Source of the DNA: an uncultured Gemmataceae bacterium
Lineage (GTDB): Bacteria > Planctomycetota > Planctomycetia > Gemmatales > Gemmataceae
NCBI GenBank assembly: GCA_963750165.1
Contig: CAVVPN010000011.1
Coordinates: forward strand, 896,001 to 960,000
Direction of reading: 5' to 3'
DNA length: 64,000 bases
Every line of letters starts with the position of its first letter. Position 1 is the first letter of the stretch. Positions 40,946 through 52,818 of this stretch are shown here, piece by piece. The notes below the pieces were generated by a model. That model was given only the letters and a program-made list of their open reading frames with translations, was not told the DNA's origin and searched no databases. The position numbers and the translations under genes were made by a program.

Positions 40946-42729
40946 TCAGCCGTTGGTGAAGAACTCCGGGCTCGACAACACCGCTGCCTCCAGCGTCAGC
41001 AGGTCCAGCGGCAGGCCGGACAGGCTCGAAAGCTCCCCCGCCGACGCCGGCCGGTGCAGCAGCGTCAGGAAGTCGCCCGCCACCACCTGAGACCGGTGCT
41101 CCGCCGAGTTGGTGAACGCCGCGGCCACGCCCTGCAGCCCCAGTTGCGGCAGCGCGCCGTACCAGCCGGCCAGCTCGGCGGCGTCGCCGGTGCGGCCCAG
41201 CGTCAGCCGGTACAGCGCCTGCACGTAATCCGTGTCGATGTGCCCCAGGAACTCCGGCGAACTCAGGAACGCGGCCTGCACGTTCTCCTCACTGACCCCC
41301 GACTGCAGCACGGCGATCCAACCCGCGCGGCCGGCGTCGGACTGGCGGCCCAGGTATTGCAAGTAGTAGCCATCGACGACCCGGCCCAGCGCCTCGCGGG
41401 AGCGCAGGATGCCGTTGACGATGATCGTTTGGTTGACGTTGGGGATGGCCAGCCAGCCGTCGAGTTCGGCGAGCGTGCCGCTGCGCCCAGCGCGCTGTTG
41501 TACAGCGTCTGCACGAAGGCCCAGCCGGCGCTCAGCGAGGAACTGACGTCGATGACGCCGGTGCCGGTGGCGGCGCCGGCCACGCCGTCGTCGATCACCA
41601 GGTTGGGCGAAGGCCCGAAGATATTGTTCCGGGCGGGCAGGGTCGCACCCGAGGAAGTGCCGAAAAGCAAGATGGCGGCCGAGGCCATGGTGCCGAGGGC
41701 GGAGAAGCCGCGGAAGTCGTTACCGCCCAGGCTGCCGAGCGCCCCGCCACCGAGGTCGGCGTTGACGTTGGCGTCGTTGCTGTCGGTGCCCTGGAACACC
41801 ACTCCGTATTTGTCGCCGTGGAAATCATTCCCCTGCACCAACACGGTCAAGTTGGCCTGGTTGAAGGGTTCGAGGAACAACCCAATGCCTTGGTTGCCGG
41901 TATTGATCGTGTTGTTCAGGATCCGAGCAAAAACAACTGCCGAGGCATCCCCGGTGAACAGTAAAATGCCGCGGGGATTGAAGCCGCCGGTCAAGGAGAT
42001 GCTGTTGTTGGCGACGACCACGGGCGCGGCCGCGGTCCCGCTGTCTAGCAATCCGATGGCAGTCTGAGTGCCACTGTACTCGCCAGTGAAGCTATTGGAC
42101 TGGACCAACAAGCCCGCGTCCTCATAACCAACCAAGCACCCCGCCGGGGTGGTATTGGTGAACGCATTGAACGTGACGACGTCGTTGGTGGCCGTGCCCC
42201 CGCTGTTTCCCGACAGGAAGACCAAGCCCGTGATCTGGTCCTGGGTGATGGTGTTGCTGCCGTTGCCCGACGCGGCCGTCGTCTCGATGATGGAGTTGAC
42301 CAACGAGCGCTTCACCGTGGTCGTGTTGACGCCCGCGGCAATCGTCAGCGTGCCGAGGTGCAGGTTCAGGAGGCGGACGCCGCTGGCGTTGACGTTGAGG
42401 TCGTAGCCGGGGAGGATGTCGCCCGGGACGTTGGGGTCTCCCTGGATCACCACCCCGAACTGAGTGACGCTGGTGGCCGCGGCGTCGGGGTCGGCGCCGG
42501 GCTCGACGGTCACCGTGCCGAGGGTGCCGGCCGCGGGCAGGGCGGCGGTCAGCGTGTGGAAGTGCGTGGCATCGAGCGGCACGGCGACCGGCACGACGAA
42601 GACGCTGGCCAGCAGGGCGCGCTCCTCCAGGCGCTCCAGCGTCAGGCGCGCACGCCGGGGGAAAGGGCGCCGGCCGTTGGACTGGGCCGCGCCCGGTTGC
42701 CGAGACGGCGAACGGGTAAACCAGGTCAT
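40946..42729 (-). CDS. Surface protein, DUF4214-like, copy 3 (1-bp frameshift near 41487)
   Basis: ORFs 41263..42729 and 40946..41362 join; C-run is one base shorter than in the paralogs. Confidence 0.82.
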
Positions 42730-42800
42730 GAGGGGTCCTTTCCAGGTGTCACACCCGCGCGCAGGCGCGACGCCTGCGCCACGAAAGCAGATGCCGCCAC

Positions 42801-44571
42801 TCAGCCGTTGGCGAAGAACTCTGGGCCGGACAGCACGGCTGCCTCCAGCGTCAGCAGGTCCAGCGGCAGGCCGGCCAGGCTCGACAGTTCCGCGGCCGAC
42901 GCCGGCCGGTGCAGCAGCGTCAGGAAGTCGCCCGCCACCACCTGAGACCGGTGCTCCGCCGAGTTGGTGAACGCCGCCGCCACGCCCTGCAGCCCCAGCT
43001 GCGGCAGCACGGTGTACCAGCCGGCCAGCTCGGCGGCGTCGCCGGTGCGGCCCAGCGTCAGCCGGTACAGCGCCTGCACGTAATCCGTGTCGATGTGCCC
43101 CAGGAACTCCGGCGAACTCAGGAAGGCGGCCTGCACGTTCTCCGCGCTGACCCCCGACTGCAGCAGGTTGATCCAGCCTTCGCGGCCGGCGTCGGACTGT
43201 CGGCCCAGGTACTGCAGGTAGTAGCCGTCCACGACCCGGCCCAGCGCCTCTCTGGAGCGGAGGATGCCGTTGACGATGACCGCCTGGTTGACGTTGGGGA
43301 TGGCCAGCCAGCCGTCCAGCTCCGCCAGCGTGCCGCTGCGCCCCAGCGCGTCGTTGTACAGCGCCTGCACGAAGGCCCGGCCGGCGCTCAGCGGGGCGCT
43401 GACGTCGATAACGCCGGTGCCGGTGGCCGCGCCCGACACGCTGTCGTCGATCACCAGGTTGGGCGCGGCCCCGAAGATGTTGTTCCGGGCAGTCAGGGTC
43501 GCAGTTGCGGGAGTGTTGAGCAGCCAGATGGCTGCCACGTTGCTGTTGCCCAGGACGGTGAAGCCGCGGAAGTCGTTGCCGCCCAGGCTTCCGAGTGCCC
43601 CGCCACCGAGATCGGCGTTGATGGTAGCGCGGCCGGTGGCGGTACCCTGGTAGAGCACCCCGACCGCGTTGCCGTGGAAATCGTTCCCCTGCACGATTGC
43701 CTGCAAGTTGTCCTGGCTATTGGTCCCGTTGAGGAACAGCCCGGTACCGAGGGAACTGGTATTGATCGTGTTGTTCAGGACCCGAACGAACGTAGGGGTA
43801 AACCCGTTCAAACCGATGCCGATGCGGCCGTTGCTGCCGACGCTCATGGTGATGGAGTTGTTGGCGATGACCACCGGCGCGGCCGCGGTGCCACTGTTAC
43901 CCAAATTAATGGCAGTCTGACCGTCGCCCTCGCCGACAAAGGTGTTGGACTGGATCAACAGGCCCGTGTCATTCGTGACGTCCAACAGCCGAACCGCGGT
44001 GCCGGTGAACGTGTTAAACGTGACCACGTCGTTGGTCGCCGTGCCCCCGGTGTTGCCGCTCAGGGAGACCGAACCGGTGATCCGGTCCTGGGTGATGGAG
44101 TTGTTGCCGTCGCCCGACGCCGCCGTCGTCTCGGTGATGGAGTTGACCAGCGAACGCTGCACCGTCATCCCGCTGTACCCGGCGGCGATGGTCACCGCGC
44201 CGAGGTGCAGGTTCAGGAGGTGGACGCCGGGGGCGGTGATGTTGAGGTCGTAACTGGGCAGGATGTCGCCCGGGATGTTGGGGTCACCCTGGATCAGGAC
44301 CCCCGTCTGAAAGACGCTGACGGGGCCGGGGTCGGGCTGGACGCCGGGCTCGATGGTGATCGTGCCGCCGTTGCCCGCCGCGGACATGGCGTTCCCGGCG
44401 AGGGCGTGGAAGTGCGTGCCGTCGAGCGGCACCGTGTAGGGGACGACGAAGACGCTCGCCGGCACGGCGCGCCCCTCCAGGCGCTCCAGGGTCAGGCGCG
44501 CGCCGGGGGAAGGGACGCCGGCCGCTGGCCGCGCCCTGTTGACGAGATGGCAAATGCGTGAACCAGGTCAT
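42801..44571 (-). CDS. Surface protein, DUF4214-like, copy 4 (2-bp frameshift near 44500)
   Basis: ORFs 44284..44571 and 42801..44465 join; CG run one unit shorter than in copy 1. Confidence 0.82.
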
Positions 44572-44641
44572 GACGGATCCTTTCCAAAAGCCACACCCAG
44601 GCAGGCGAGACGCCTGCGCGAAAGAAGAAACGGGCCGCCGC

Positions 44642-44720
44642 TCAGCCGTTGGTGAAGAACTCCGGGCCGGACAGCACGGCCGCCTCCAGGGGCGGCAGGT
44701 CCAGCGGCAGGCCGGCGCGA
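44642..44720 (-). pseudogene. 3'-end remnant of a fifth array copy
   Basis: AGLPLDLPPLEAAVLSGPEFFTNG* followed by the same intergenic spacer. Confidence 0.85.
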
Positions 44721-44857
44721 GCCCCGCGGAGATCCCACGCGGACGCCGTGCAGGCGGGCCGGCCGCCCCCGCGTGTTACTCGACCCCAGGCAGCGGGCGC
44801 GCAGCTGCTCCTCCGCCCTGCCGGGTCACCGGACAACTTGGTTAGTGAGGTCAGAAG

Positions 44858-47800
44858 TCAGCGCGGGATTTGCTTCTTCGGCGACTCCGGATTCTCACCT
44901 CCGGACGCCATCTTCATCAGCTCCGCGGCTTCGCTGCGGAGCGGCGGCCAGCCAGGATGTTGGTGGGTCGCCATCCACAGGTCGGCCTTGTCGTACCACC
45001 GGCGCGCCTCGACTTTGTCGCCGAGCTTCCAGTGGACCATGGCCAGGAAGAACCAGTCGGCGCAATCGCCGCCGTTGCGCAGGGACATGGCCTTCTCCAA
45101 CGACTCCCGCGCCGGCTTCCAGTCGCCCGCCCGGTATTGGGCCACGCCCATAGCAATCCAGGCGTTTCCGTCCCTCGGAGCCAGTTGGACGGCTTTTGTG
45201 GCCAGTGGGAGCGCCCGGCCCGGATCGCGAGAGCCGGTATCCGGGCAGTCAACCAACAACCAGGCCAGGAGGTTCAGATAGCTGGCATTCTTTGGGTCCA
45301 ACTCGATAGCCCGTGCGTAGGCGCCGATGGCCTTGTCCCATTGCTTCGACTGGACAAAATCGTTAGCTTGTCGCCCGAGGGCGCGGACCTGACGCACCGG
45401 ATCGCCCGGTTCCACTTCGATTCGCAGGGGCTTGCGGTCCGGCGCCGGCGGCGGGTACGGCGGCAGGTCCCAATCCAGCCCCATCTTGGCCAACCGTTCC
45501 CGGATCGCCCGCAAGTCCCAAACGTGGATCGACGCGCCGTCACCGGTGGCGACCACCAACTGTGTCCCGTCGGCGTTGAAGCTCAGGTAGTTGGCGCCGT
45601 CCTGGTCGGGGTCTTCCAGCCGGGCGTATTCCCGGCCCGTGTCCGGATTGACCAACCGCACCGCCCCGTAACCCGTGTCCACCGCCAGCAACCTGCCGGA
45701 GGGGGACTTGAGGTCGGGGGAAAAGGCGAACCCGCCGCCGCCGATCCGGGGCCCTTCCCGCCACGAGCCGACCGCCCACAGGCGAAGCCCGTCGCCGGTC
45801 GTCGCCAGCCATTTGCCGTCGGGACTGAAGCCAACGCGCGTGCAATCGACGGGCAGATCTTTCTTGCACTCGCCAGTCTGGGCGTCCCAGATTTTCACCC
45901 CCGTTCCGTTGTGGCTGCCGGTGGCCACCCACAGACCGTCGGGGCTAACCGCGACGTACCGGGCGTCGCCATGGGGGGTAAGGCGCACCGGCTGGTCCGG
46001 GCGGGCGGTGTGCACGACGGAGCCGCCCTGGTATTGGGAGACCGCAATCACCCGGCCGTCTTCGCTGCAGGCGACGTGGCAGATCGGACCCGGCACGGAC
46101 AGTTTGTGCGGCGGGCCGATCCGCAGCAATCCCTGCGCCGCCGGGTCGGCCTGGACCGGCCAGCGCAGCAGACCGGCAGACCCGTTGGTCAGCAGAGCGC
46201 CCGACGGTTCAAACAAGACAAAGTTCGTGCCGGGCGACTCGAGGAAAGAGAGTTCCGTGCCGCTGGGCAGTTCCCACAGCCCAACGCCATCCCTCGTCGC
46301 CACGGCCAGTAACCGTCCGTCCGAACGAATCGAGGTGATCAGATACTCGCCCTTGCCGGCGGCCGCGGCGCGGAGCAGCGTCCGATACTCGCCGCCGGCG
46401 GCGACTTCCCAAAGCCTCAACTTGTCATCGCGGCCATCTCCGGACAGCAAGCGGTCATCGGGACTGAAGCGGGGAATCCCGGCCCCGGACTTCGTGCTAA
46501 ACAGTTGCTTGCCCGTTTGGGGGTCCCACAGCCGCAGTTTCCCTTCCCAACCCGTGCTGGCCAGCAGATCGCCGGCATGGTCGAAGGCGATCACAACGCC
46601 GCCGTTCCAGATTCCCTTGATGACCAGAGTTTGTTTACCCGAGGCCACGTCCCACAAATAAATCCGGGAGTCGCTGCCGACTACCGCCAGCGTCTTGCCA
46701 TCGGGTCGCCAGGCCAGGTAGAGTGGCGCGACCGGACCCCGCAAGTCCGCGACCACTTTCCCCGTATCCAGGGCACGGATTTCCACCGAGGTGTCACACG
46801 AGACCGCCAACTGCCGGCCATCGGGATGGAACGCCAAATACTCACCGGGCCGGCCCTTGGGAAGCTCCCGCGGCGGCTGCCCGGAAGCCAGGTCATACAA
46901 GCGGATCGGGCCATCCACGCGGCCGACGGCGCACTGCCGGCTGTCCGGACTGAAGTCGAAGCCATAGGCATCGTTGAGCTGCTCCACCCGAACCGGCTCG
47001 TGACCCCCCAGTTTCCAGAGGTTTAGACCACTGGCTGACCAGACGGACAGGAACTTGCCGTCGCGGCTGAACAGCACCCAGGTTTCGGAGCCGGTGGCGG
47101 GCAGGCGAGCGATTTCCACATCGTCGGCCACGCGGCGGATGCTGACCACCCCCCGCTTGTCCGCCACGGCGACTTGTTCCAGCTTGCCGTCGAAATCGAC
47201 GTGGCGGCTCCCGGGGGGCCAACCGAGTCCTTGCTTGGACCGGCGCAGGTCGGTCAGGGCCAGGCAGGCGATGGCCGTATTGCGGAGTTGCAGGAAATGC
47301 TCGTCGGACAGGTTCAGGTCGCGGGCGATTTTGGTTGCTTCCGCCACGGCCTTGAGACTGCCGAACCGCTGCCCGGGCCTTCGGCTCAGGCTACCCCCCC
47401 TGGCCTGAGCCAGCCGAGCGTCGTAAAGCTGGCGCTTCTCCTGATCTTGGGCCTGCTCGGTAAGGCGTAATTGGGCGAGCGTGGTTTCCTGGGCATCGGT
47501 TTTCGCCTGCAATTGCGTTTGAGCCAGCCCCTCCGCCTCCGTCGCGCGAATCGCCATCCAGGTGCTGACCACCGTGCCCATTACCAGGGCCAATGCCAAC
47601 AGGCCGACCGTCGCCAGAATCTGCTTGTTCCGTCGCGCGAACTTGCGGAATCGGTAGATCGCCGACGCCGGACACGCCTTCACCGGCTCGTCATTCAAGT
47701 AGCGCTGTAAGTCGGCGGCGAAGCTGCTGGCCGTCGGGTAGCGGCGGTTGCGGTCCTTTTCCAGGGTCTTCATCACGATCCAGTCCAGCTCGCCGCGGAC

Positions 47801-48865
47801 TAACGTCGCCAGCTTGGCCGGCTCCATGTGGCGCTGGGCCGAGATCGTTACCAGCGCCTCGCCCGAATCGGTCAGCCGCGTGCTCGGCCTAGGCGGCTCT
47901 TCCTCCTTGATCATGCGGAGGACCTCGCCATAGGCCGCTTCCCGGACCCGCTTGTGGCTCAGCGGCGTGCTGCCGGTCAAGAGTTCGTACAGGAGCACGC
48001 CCAGCGAATAGATGTCGCTGCGGGTATCGACCCCCAGGGCGCTCATCTCCGCCTGCTCCGGGCTCATGTATTCCAGCGTGCCGATGGTGGCGCCGTACTG
48101 CGTGAACAGGGTCCGCTCGGTCAGGCGTTGCTCGGTCGCCTTGGCCACGCCGAAGTCGATCACCTTGGGGACCGGCTTGCCGTCGTAGTGGGTGATCATG
48201 ACGTTGGACGGCTTGACGTCTCTGTGGATGACGCCCTTCTGGTGCGCGTGCTGGATCGCCTGGCAGACCGGCACGAACAGCTCCAACCGCTCACGCGGCG
48301 TCAGCTTGTTGTCGTCGCAGTACTTGGTGATCGGCACGCCGTGGACCAGTTCCATGACGAAGTAGGGCCGACCGGAGTCGGTGGCACCCGCGTCGAGGAC
48401 GCGGGCGATGTTGACGTGGTCCATCATGGCCAGGGCCTGGCGCTCGGCCTCGAAGCGGGCGATCACCTGCTTGCTGTCCATGCCGGCCTTGATGACCTTC
48501 AGGGCGACCTTGCGTTGCACGGGCCGGGTCTGCTCGGCCATGAAGACGGTGCCCATGCCGCCCTCGCCGATCTGCTGGAGCAGCTTGTACGGGCCGATGA
48601 CCGTGCCGGGGCTTTCGCGGAGGGGGACGGCGGCCGCCTCTTCCCCGGGCACGGGCGGGAAGGCCCCCGTGGCCTCCACCGCGACGGCCGGCCGGTCCAG
48701 GAAACTGCCGGCCTCGCGGTGGACTTGGAGAAGGCGCCCCAGTTGCCGCTCCAGTTCGGCATCCCCGCCGCAGGCTTCGCCGACGTAGCCGTCCCACTGC
48801 TCCGGCGGCAGCTTGCCGACGGCGTGCAGAAACAGTTCGCGGGCTTTTCGCAGGTCTGCTGGCAT
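44858..48865 (-). CDS. Ser/Thr kinase with TM helix, divergent WD40 propellers and C-terminal TPRs
   Basis: [28 protein letters not shown] repeats; AIELDP..YLNLLAW..A.KAVQLAP TPR region. Confidence 0.94.
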   Translation of the reverse strand: MPADLRKARELFLHAVGKLPPEQWDGYVGEACGGDAELERQLGRLLQVHREAGSFLDRPAVAVEATGAFPPVPGEEAAAVPLRESPGTVIGPYKLLQQIGEGGMGTVFMAEQTRPVQRKVALKVIKAGMDSKQVIARFEAERQALAMMDHVNIARVLDAGATDSGRPYFVMELVHGVPITKYCDDNKLTPRERLELFVPVCQAIQHAHQKGVIHRDVKPSNVMITHYDGKPVPKVIDFGVAKATEQRLTERTLFTQYGATIGTLEYMSPEQAEMSALGVDTRSDIYSLGVLLYELLTGSTPLSHKRVREAAYGEVLRMIKEEEPPRPSTRLTDSGEALVTISAQRHMEPAKLATLVRGELDWIVMKTLEKDRNRRYPTASSFAADLQRYLNDEPVKACPASAIYRFRKFARRNKQILATVGLLALALVMGTVVSTWMAIRATEAEGLAQTQLQAKTDAQETTLAQLRLTEQAQDQEKRQLYDARLAQARGGSLSRRPGQRFGSLKAVAEATKIARDLNLSDEHFLQLRNTAIACLALTDLRRSKQGLGWPPGSRHVDFDGKLEQVAVADKRGVVSIRRVADDVEIARLPATGSETWVLFSRDGKFLSVWSASGLNLWKLGGHEPVRVEQLNDAYGFDFSPDSRQCAVGRVDGPIRLYDLASGQPPRELPKGRPGEYLAFHPDGRQLAVSCDTSVEIRALDTGKVVADLRGPVAPLYLAWRPDGKTLAVVGSDSRIYLWDVASGKQTLVIKGIWNGGVVIAFDHAGDLLASTGWEGKLRLWDPQTGKQLFSTKSGAGIPRFSPDDRLLSGDGRDDKLRLWEVAAGGEYRTLLRAAAAGKGEYLITSIRSDGRLLAVATRDGVGLWELPSGTELSFLESPGTNFVLFEPSGALLTNGSAGLLRWPVQADPAAQGLLRIGPPHKLSVPGPICHVACSEDGRVIAVSQYQGGSVVHTARPDQPVRLTPHGDARYVAVSPDGLWVATGSHNGTGVKIWDAQTGECKKDLPVDCTRVGFSPDGKWLATTGDGLRLWAVGSWREGPRIGGGGFAFSPDLKSPSGRLLAVDTGYGAVRLVNPDTGREYARLEDPDQDGANYLSFNADGTQLVVATGDGASIHVWDLRAIRERLAKMGLDWDLPPYPPPAPDRKPLRIEVEPGDPVRQVRALGRQANDFVQSKQWDKAIGAYARAIELDPKNASYLNLLAWLLVDCPDTGSRDPGRALPLATKAVQLAPRDGNAWIAMGVAQYRAGDWKPARESLEKAMSLRNGGDCADWFFLAMVHWKLGDKVEARRWYDKADLWMATHQHPGWPPLRSEAAELMKMASGGENPESPKKQIPR

Positions 48866-48960
48866 GGCAACACGTCCCTTCCGGTTCGTTGCCTACAGTG
48901 CGGATTCGAGGTTGGAATTGTCCGGAGGAAAAGAAAAAAGAATTCGGTCGCGCCCGCCTA

Positions 48961-49518
48961 TCACTCTCCGTCCAGCAGGGTTTTGAGGAGGACCCGGGCG
49001 TAGGACCAGTGCTCGTAAGCGGTCGAGCGCGAGATGCCGACCACCTCGGCGGCGTCCTCGATCGACAACCCGGCGAAGTAGCGCAGCTGAATCAGTCGGG
49101 CGGCCTGGGGATCGTCGGCGGCCAGGCGGGTCAGGGCTTCATCGATGTCGAGAAGATCGCCCGCCGGCGAGGTGAAGCCGACGTCGGCGGCGTCGAGGGG
49201 CACACGACGACCCTGGCCGCCGCGTTTGACGGCCTGCTTGCGGCGGGCCTGATCGACGAGGATGCGGCGCATGGCCTCGGCGGCGGCGCCGAAGAAGTGG
49301 CCGCGGCTGTTCCACGGCTGCTCGGGGCCCGCGCCGACCAAACGCAAATAGGCCTCGTGGACCAGGGCGGTGGGCTGCAGCGTCTGGCCGGGCCGCTCCT
49401 GGGCCAGTCGCTGGGCGGCGAGCGCACGCAGTTCGTCGTAGACCAGCGGCAACAACTCGGCGGCGGCGTATGGGTCGCCGTGCCCGAGGGCGTCGAGGAT
49501 GCGGGTGACGTCGCTCAT
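48961..49518 (-). CDS. ECF sigma factor of the kinase-associated planctomycete type
   Basis: LLPLVYDELR, TLQPTALVHEAYLRL, AAAEAMRRILVD, LRYFAGL. Confidence 0.93.
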   Translation of the reverse strand: MSDVTRILDALGHGDPYAAAELLPLVYDELRALAAQRLAQERPGQTLQPTALVHEAYLRLVGAGPEQPWNSRGHFFGAAAEAMRRILVDQARRKQAVKRGGQGRRVPLDAADVGFTSPAGDLLDIDEALTRLAADDPQAARLIQLRYFAGLSIEDAAEVVGISRSTAYEHWSYARVLLKTLLDGE

Positions 49519-49871
49519 GCCGGTTAATCTACCGCGCGGACCGCAGCCCGTCTCCCGTGGCGACGGCAGGCGCCTGTGCGTGCTTCGGACTGATCGACAT
49601 GCGCGCGCAAGCCGAAGCGCTCAGCGCGCGTCGGTCCGACGTGTCGGAGCACCTTACCGCCAGCCAGGAAGTCTTGAGCCGAGTACGAAGACAAGCAGGC
49701 TGTGTTCGGCCCCCCTGCGTGGCGATTTCCCCAGCGCCGCCTGATGCGCGGTGGGCGTCGCCGTTCAGTGCCCCGATATGAGTAGTGTAGTGTCAGGCAC
49801 CGTCGGCGCTATACGTTCACCGCAAAATCTAGCTCAAACTCGACCCGCTCTGGTTATCGGCGCGCAAAATG

Positions 49872-51708
49872 GGTTCTTCCGCACTTTTGGTGCAACGGGG
49901 ATAGGATAACGGGATTTGGCGTTCCCGTTGTCCAGCTGGAATCCCCGCGATGTTGCTCCATGACCTTCGCCTGGATGGCCTCGGCCTCCGAGTCACCAGT
50001 GTCGCTCGCACCCCCTCGTTGCTGGTGTTCGCCGTGGTTTCGACCAGCCCTTCCTCTGCGTGCCCCGCTTGCGGCGGACTCTCTGACCGCGTCCATTCCC
50101 ATTACGTCCGCACTCTCCAGGATCTCCCCTGCCACGACCAGCCCGTCGCCATCCGCCTCACGGTCCGCCGTTTCCGCTGTGTCTGCCCTGACTGCCCCAA
50201 GGCGGTCTTCTGTGAGCGCCTCCCGGGCGTACTCGATCCCCACGCACGCGCCACCCGGCGACTGCGCGCCACCCACGGTCAGATCGGCCTGGCCCTCGGC
50301 GGTGAGGCCGGCGCACGCTTGGCCGACGCGATGGCCTGTCCCACCAGCCCCGACACGCTCCTGCGGCGGGTCAAGCGCTTTGAGGGGGATCCCGCGCCCG
50401 AACCGCGTTTCGTCGGTGTGGACGACTGGGCCTGGCGCAAGGGGCAGAGCTACGGCACGATTCTCATCGACCTGGAGCGCGGCCGACCCATCGACATCTT
50501 GCCGGGACGTGACGGCTCCGCGCTCGCCGCCTGGCTGAAGGAGCACCCCCAAGTGGAAGTCATCACCCGTGACCGCTGGGCCGCCTTCGCCCAGGCGGCG
50601 ACCGAGGGCGCGCCGCAGGCCAAGCAGGTAGCCGACCGCTGGCACCTGCTGAAGAACCTGCGCGAGATGCTTGAGCGGCTGTTCGGCCGCCTGGCCGCCG
50701 AGGTCCAGGAGGCCTTAAAGGAGACTGCCGAGACACCTGCCGCCGGGGCAACGGGGTCGGGGTTCGCAGCCCCAGCGACGCAGCCGACGGAGCCGGCCCC
50801 GGCAGCCCTTCCGGACGCCGTGCCGGCAGAACCGTCCCTTGAGCAGCCGAGGCTCACCGCGCGTCAGCAGGCGCGCCAGGTTGGCAAGCAGGCGCGCGCC
50901 GAGCGTCACCAACAGGTGCGGCAGTTGCACGAGCAGGGTGTGTCCCTGCGTGAGATCGTGCGTAGGACGGGGCTGGACCGCAAGGCCGTGCGCCGCTACT
51001 GCCGGCAGGAGCATTGCCCGGACTGGAACCCGGGGCGGACGGGCCGTTCCCAACTGGACGCCTACGCCACGCAGATCGAGACCTGGCTGCAGGGCGGGGA
51101 GAAGAACACGGCGGCCTTGTTCAGGCAGTTGCAGGCGGCGGGGTGTGAGGCCTCCTACGACGCGGTGCGGCGCTTCGTGAACCGGAAGGCGGGCAGCACG
51201 GGGAAGCCGGGACCACGCACCGGGACGCCCGTCGTGCCGCCCGCGCCACCGCCGTCGGCGCGGCAACTGGCCTTCGAGTTCATCAGGCGGGCGGACGAGC
51301 GTCAGGCCGAAGAGACGGCGCGGATGGACAAGCTGCAAGTCGGTGCCGGGGCCTTGCAGGAAGCACTGGCGTTGGCAGGAGAGTTCGCGCGGATGGCTCG
51401 TAAGCAATCGAAGGAGACACTGACGGAGTGGTTGGCGAAGGCAGAGGCGTCGTCGTGCGCCGAGGTGAGGAGCTTCGCCAGCGGCCTGCGCCAGGACGAG
51501 GCGGCGGTGGCAGCAGCGTTGACCGAGTCGTGGAGCAACGGTCCGGTGGAAGGTCAAGTGAATCGGCTGAAGCTGATCAAGCGACAAATGTACGGGCGGG
51601 CGGGCTTTGAGTTGTTGCGGGCAAGGGTCCGGTTCGCTTCTTGACCGCAGGCCCGAAGAATCGGGCACGGAGGAGCACCCCCATCAGCACCAACTCTGCG
51701 GGAGAACC
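49872..51708 (+). mobile_element. ISL3-family insertion sequence
   Basis: TIRs GGTTCTTCCGCACTTTTGGTG / CACCAACTCTGCGGGAGAACC; no direct TSD visible. Confidence 0.9.
49950..51644 (+). CDS. ISL3 transposase
   Basis: CPACG zinc finger, GVDDWA, QVADRWHL, SNGPVEGQVNRLKLIKRQMYGR. Confidence 0.95.
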   Translation: MLLHDLRLDGLGLRVTSVARTPSLLVFAVVSTSPSSACPACGGLSDRVHSHYVRTLQDLPCHDQPVAIRLTVRRFRCVCPDCPKAVFCERLPGVLDPHARATRRLRATHGQIGLALGGEAGARLADAMACPTSPDTLLRRVKRFEGDPAPEPRFVGVDDWAWRKGQSYGTILIDLERGRPIDILPGRDGSALAAWLKEHPQVEVITRDRWAAFAQAATEGAPQAKQVADRWHLLKNLREMLERLFGRLAAEVQEALKETAETPAAGATGSGFAAPATQPTEPAPAALPDAVPAEPSLEQPRLTARQQARQVGKQARAERHQQVRQLHEQGVSLREIVRRTGLDRKAVRRYCRQEHCPDWNPGRTGRSQLDAYATQIETWLQGGEKNTAALFRQLQAAGCEASYDAVRRFVNRKAGSTGKPGPRTGTPVVPPAPPPSARQLAFEFIRRADERQAEETARMDKLQVGAGALQEALALAGEFARMARKQSKETLTEWLAKAEASSCAEVRSFASGLRQDEAAVAAALTESWSNGPVEGQVNRLKLIKRQMYGRAGFELLRARVRFAS

Positions 51709-52026
51709 CGTTTTGCTTGCCGATTACCACCGCACGGCAGCCGTTGTGCAGTGCCTGGCCGATGGAGTTCCAGGTTTCGCGTGTGCCGCGGATTCCGCCG
51801 CACAACTGGTTCGGCCAGGCCCCTTCCTGCGACGTTCGCGCCTGATCGGAGACGAGTAAGCAACCGTCTTGGTCCAAGGTGAACGCCTCCGGTCGAGCAG
51901 CGTCAGCTCAGTTGACTCTACGTCGGGTCCGTTGGCCTGTACCTGGCGGATGTGGGGGCGTCTGGACGACCGTCACCGACTCCAGCCCCCAACGATTAGT
52001 TAGCGAGGCGCTCAAGGTAACTGCCA

Positions 52027-52812
52027 TCATGGAAGGGGCAATAACAGCCCGGCCATGACCATTGTCTCAAAATGCCTCGCCAGCTTATCGGCGAAGTGCT
52101 CGGAGTGGATCAGCACACCGGCTTCGATATTCCGCACCTGCGCCGCCTCCGTGAAGTTGGCGGACGACACGAACGCGACCCGCCGGTCCATCACGACGCA
52201 CTTGGCGTGGAGGCAGGAGCGCTTCCCTGCGTCGGGGTGCAACGAACGGGGGTCGTAGTACAGTTCGGGCAGCCGGTCGCCGGGCCACTCCGCCTGACGG
52301 AATCGGCGAACGAACCGCGCCAGGACTTCAGCGTCCGGGGTGACATCTCCCGGGGACCGTTGCACGTCCAAGAACATCCGCACCACCAACCCGGGGCGCT
52401 GGGCCATGCGTTCGGCCAACGAACGGAACACCTCTCGCCCCTGGTACACCGCATAGCCGGCAACCAGTACATGACTTCGGGCGGCGGCAAACAGCTCGCG
52501 CACGACCACGGCCGTGTCACGGTTGACCGTTCCCGGTGCCTCTGGGCCGGTCCACACCAGATCCACCACGTCATCAGCTACCCGCCCTTGCCGTGCTCTG
52601 CCGACCGATTCCAGCAGCAGAGCCAGGTGTTCCGGACGCATGCCTTCATCAGCCATTTGTTGCAGGCGTTGGGCGACCGGGTCGGCACGGTCAGCGGCGC
52701 AGAAGCGCTGCAAGGTCACGGCGGAGAACGGTGCAAAGAGTCGGCCGGCGCGCATGGCTGCGCCAAGGGCGAACAGGTCCGCTGCGGCCAGTTGCAAGAA
52801 GGGCTCTGTCAT
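52027..52812 (-). CDS. drmC: DISARM phospholipase-D-like nuclease DrmC
   Basis: LVWTGP, HAKCVVMD (HKD), SSANFT..A..RNIEAG; last gene of the operon. Confidence 0.9.
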   Translation of the reverse strand: MTEPFLQLAAADLFALGAAMRAGRLFAPFSAVTLQRFCAADRADPVAQRLQQMADEGMRPEHLALLLESVGRARQGRVADDVVDLVWTGPEAPGTVNRDTAVVVRELFAAARSHVLVAGYAVYQGREVFRSLAERMAQRPGLVVRMFLDVQRSPGDVTPDAEVLARFVRRFRQAEWPGDRLPELYYDPRSLHPDAGKRSCLHAKCVVMDRRVAFVSSANFTEAAQVRNIEAGVLIHSEHFADKLARHFETMVMAGLLLPLP

Positions 52813-52818
52813 GGCGGC

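Noticed and set aside
37250..44720. Diversity-generating retroelement acting on the paralog array
   Set aside because: No reverse transcriptase, and differences are not adenine-specific
51709..52020. Extra gene between ISL3 and drmC
   Set aside because: Only short ORFs without recognisable motifs or starts
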